From NCBI RefSeq assembly GCF_032191835.1, contig NC_083228.1, positions 78,430,001-78,494,000 of the forward strand: a stretch of 64,000 nucleotides of DNA, written 5' to 3'. Source of the DNA: Heteronotia binoei. Taxonomy: Eukaryota. The notes under the pieces are model-generated. The model saw only the letters and a list, made by a program, of their open reading frames with translations. It did no database searches and was not told where the DNA came from. Each line of letters opens with the position of its first letter. Position 1 is the first letter of the stretch. Of the stretch, positions 63,901 through 64,000 are shown one piece after another. Position numbers and translations under genes: made by a program.

Positions 63901-64000
63901 GATCTTGTCAGACCTTGGAAGCTAATCAGAGCTGGCCCTGGTTAGTACTTGTATGGGAAACCACCAAGGAACTCCAGAGTTGCTACTCACAGGCAATGGC
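63901..64000 (+). mobile_element. 5S rRNA-derived SINE head joined to Sauria-like body (runs off window)
   Basis: GATCTTGTCAGACCTTGGAAGCTAATCAGAGCTGGCCCTGGTTAGTACTTGTATGGGAAACC aligns to 5S internal control region; then GGCAATGGC as in Sauria SINE. Confidence 0.8.

Noticed and set aside
63901-63970. 5S rRNA gene
   Set aside because: 5'-truncated, many substitutions, 3' end replaced by SINE body.

Overview
Vertebrate (squamate, most likely gecko, judged from Sauria-type and gecko-type SINEs) genomic DNA carrying the conserved block UBTD1(+, exons 2-3 only) - ANKRD2(+, 9 exons, 332 or 311 aa) - HOGA1(+, 7 exons, 338 aa) - MORN4(-, 4 coding exons, 146 aa, plus a probable non-coding exon 1 near 51.8-52.1 kb) - PI4K2A(+, exon 1 only). 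All coding exons were read by hand, have GT-AG boundaries and join in frame. The rest is intronic/intergenic and rich in mobile DNA: a near full-length decayed L1 in MORN4 intron 1 with two nested insertions, L2, CR1, Harbinger and Penelope relics, many tRNA-head SINEs, a 5S-head SINE and several hAT MITEs with 8-bp TSDs. Most notable: (i) an 819-bp hAT MITE built from a 165-bp array of long GC-rich palindromes with a compensatory base change; (ii) a Penelope-derived minimal hammerhead ribozyme motif with intact core plus three decayed relatives; (iii) an unexplained CpG/promoter-like island with a textbook orphan exon in UBTD1 intron 1; (iv) a foldback element carrying CTCF motifs. No clearly novel protein-coding system was found; gene names and repeat family names come from recall, not database searches.
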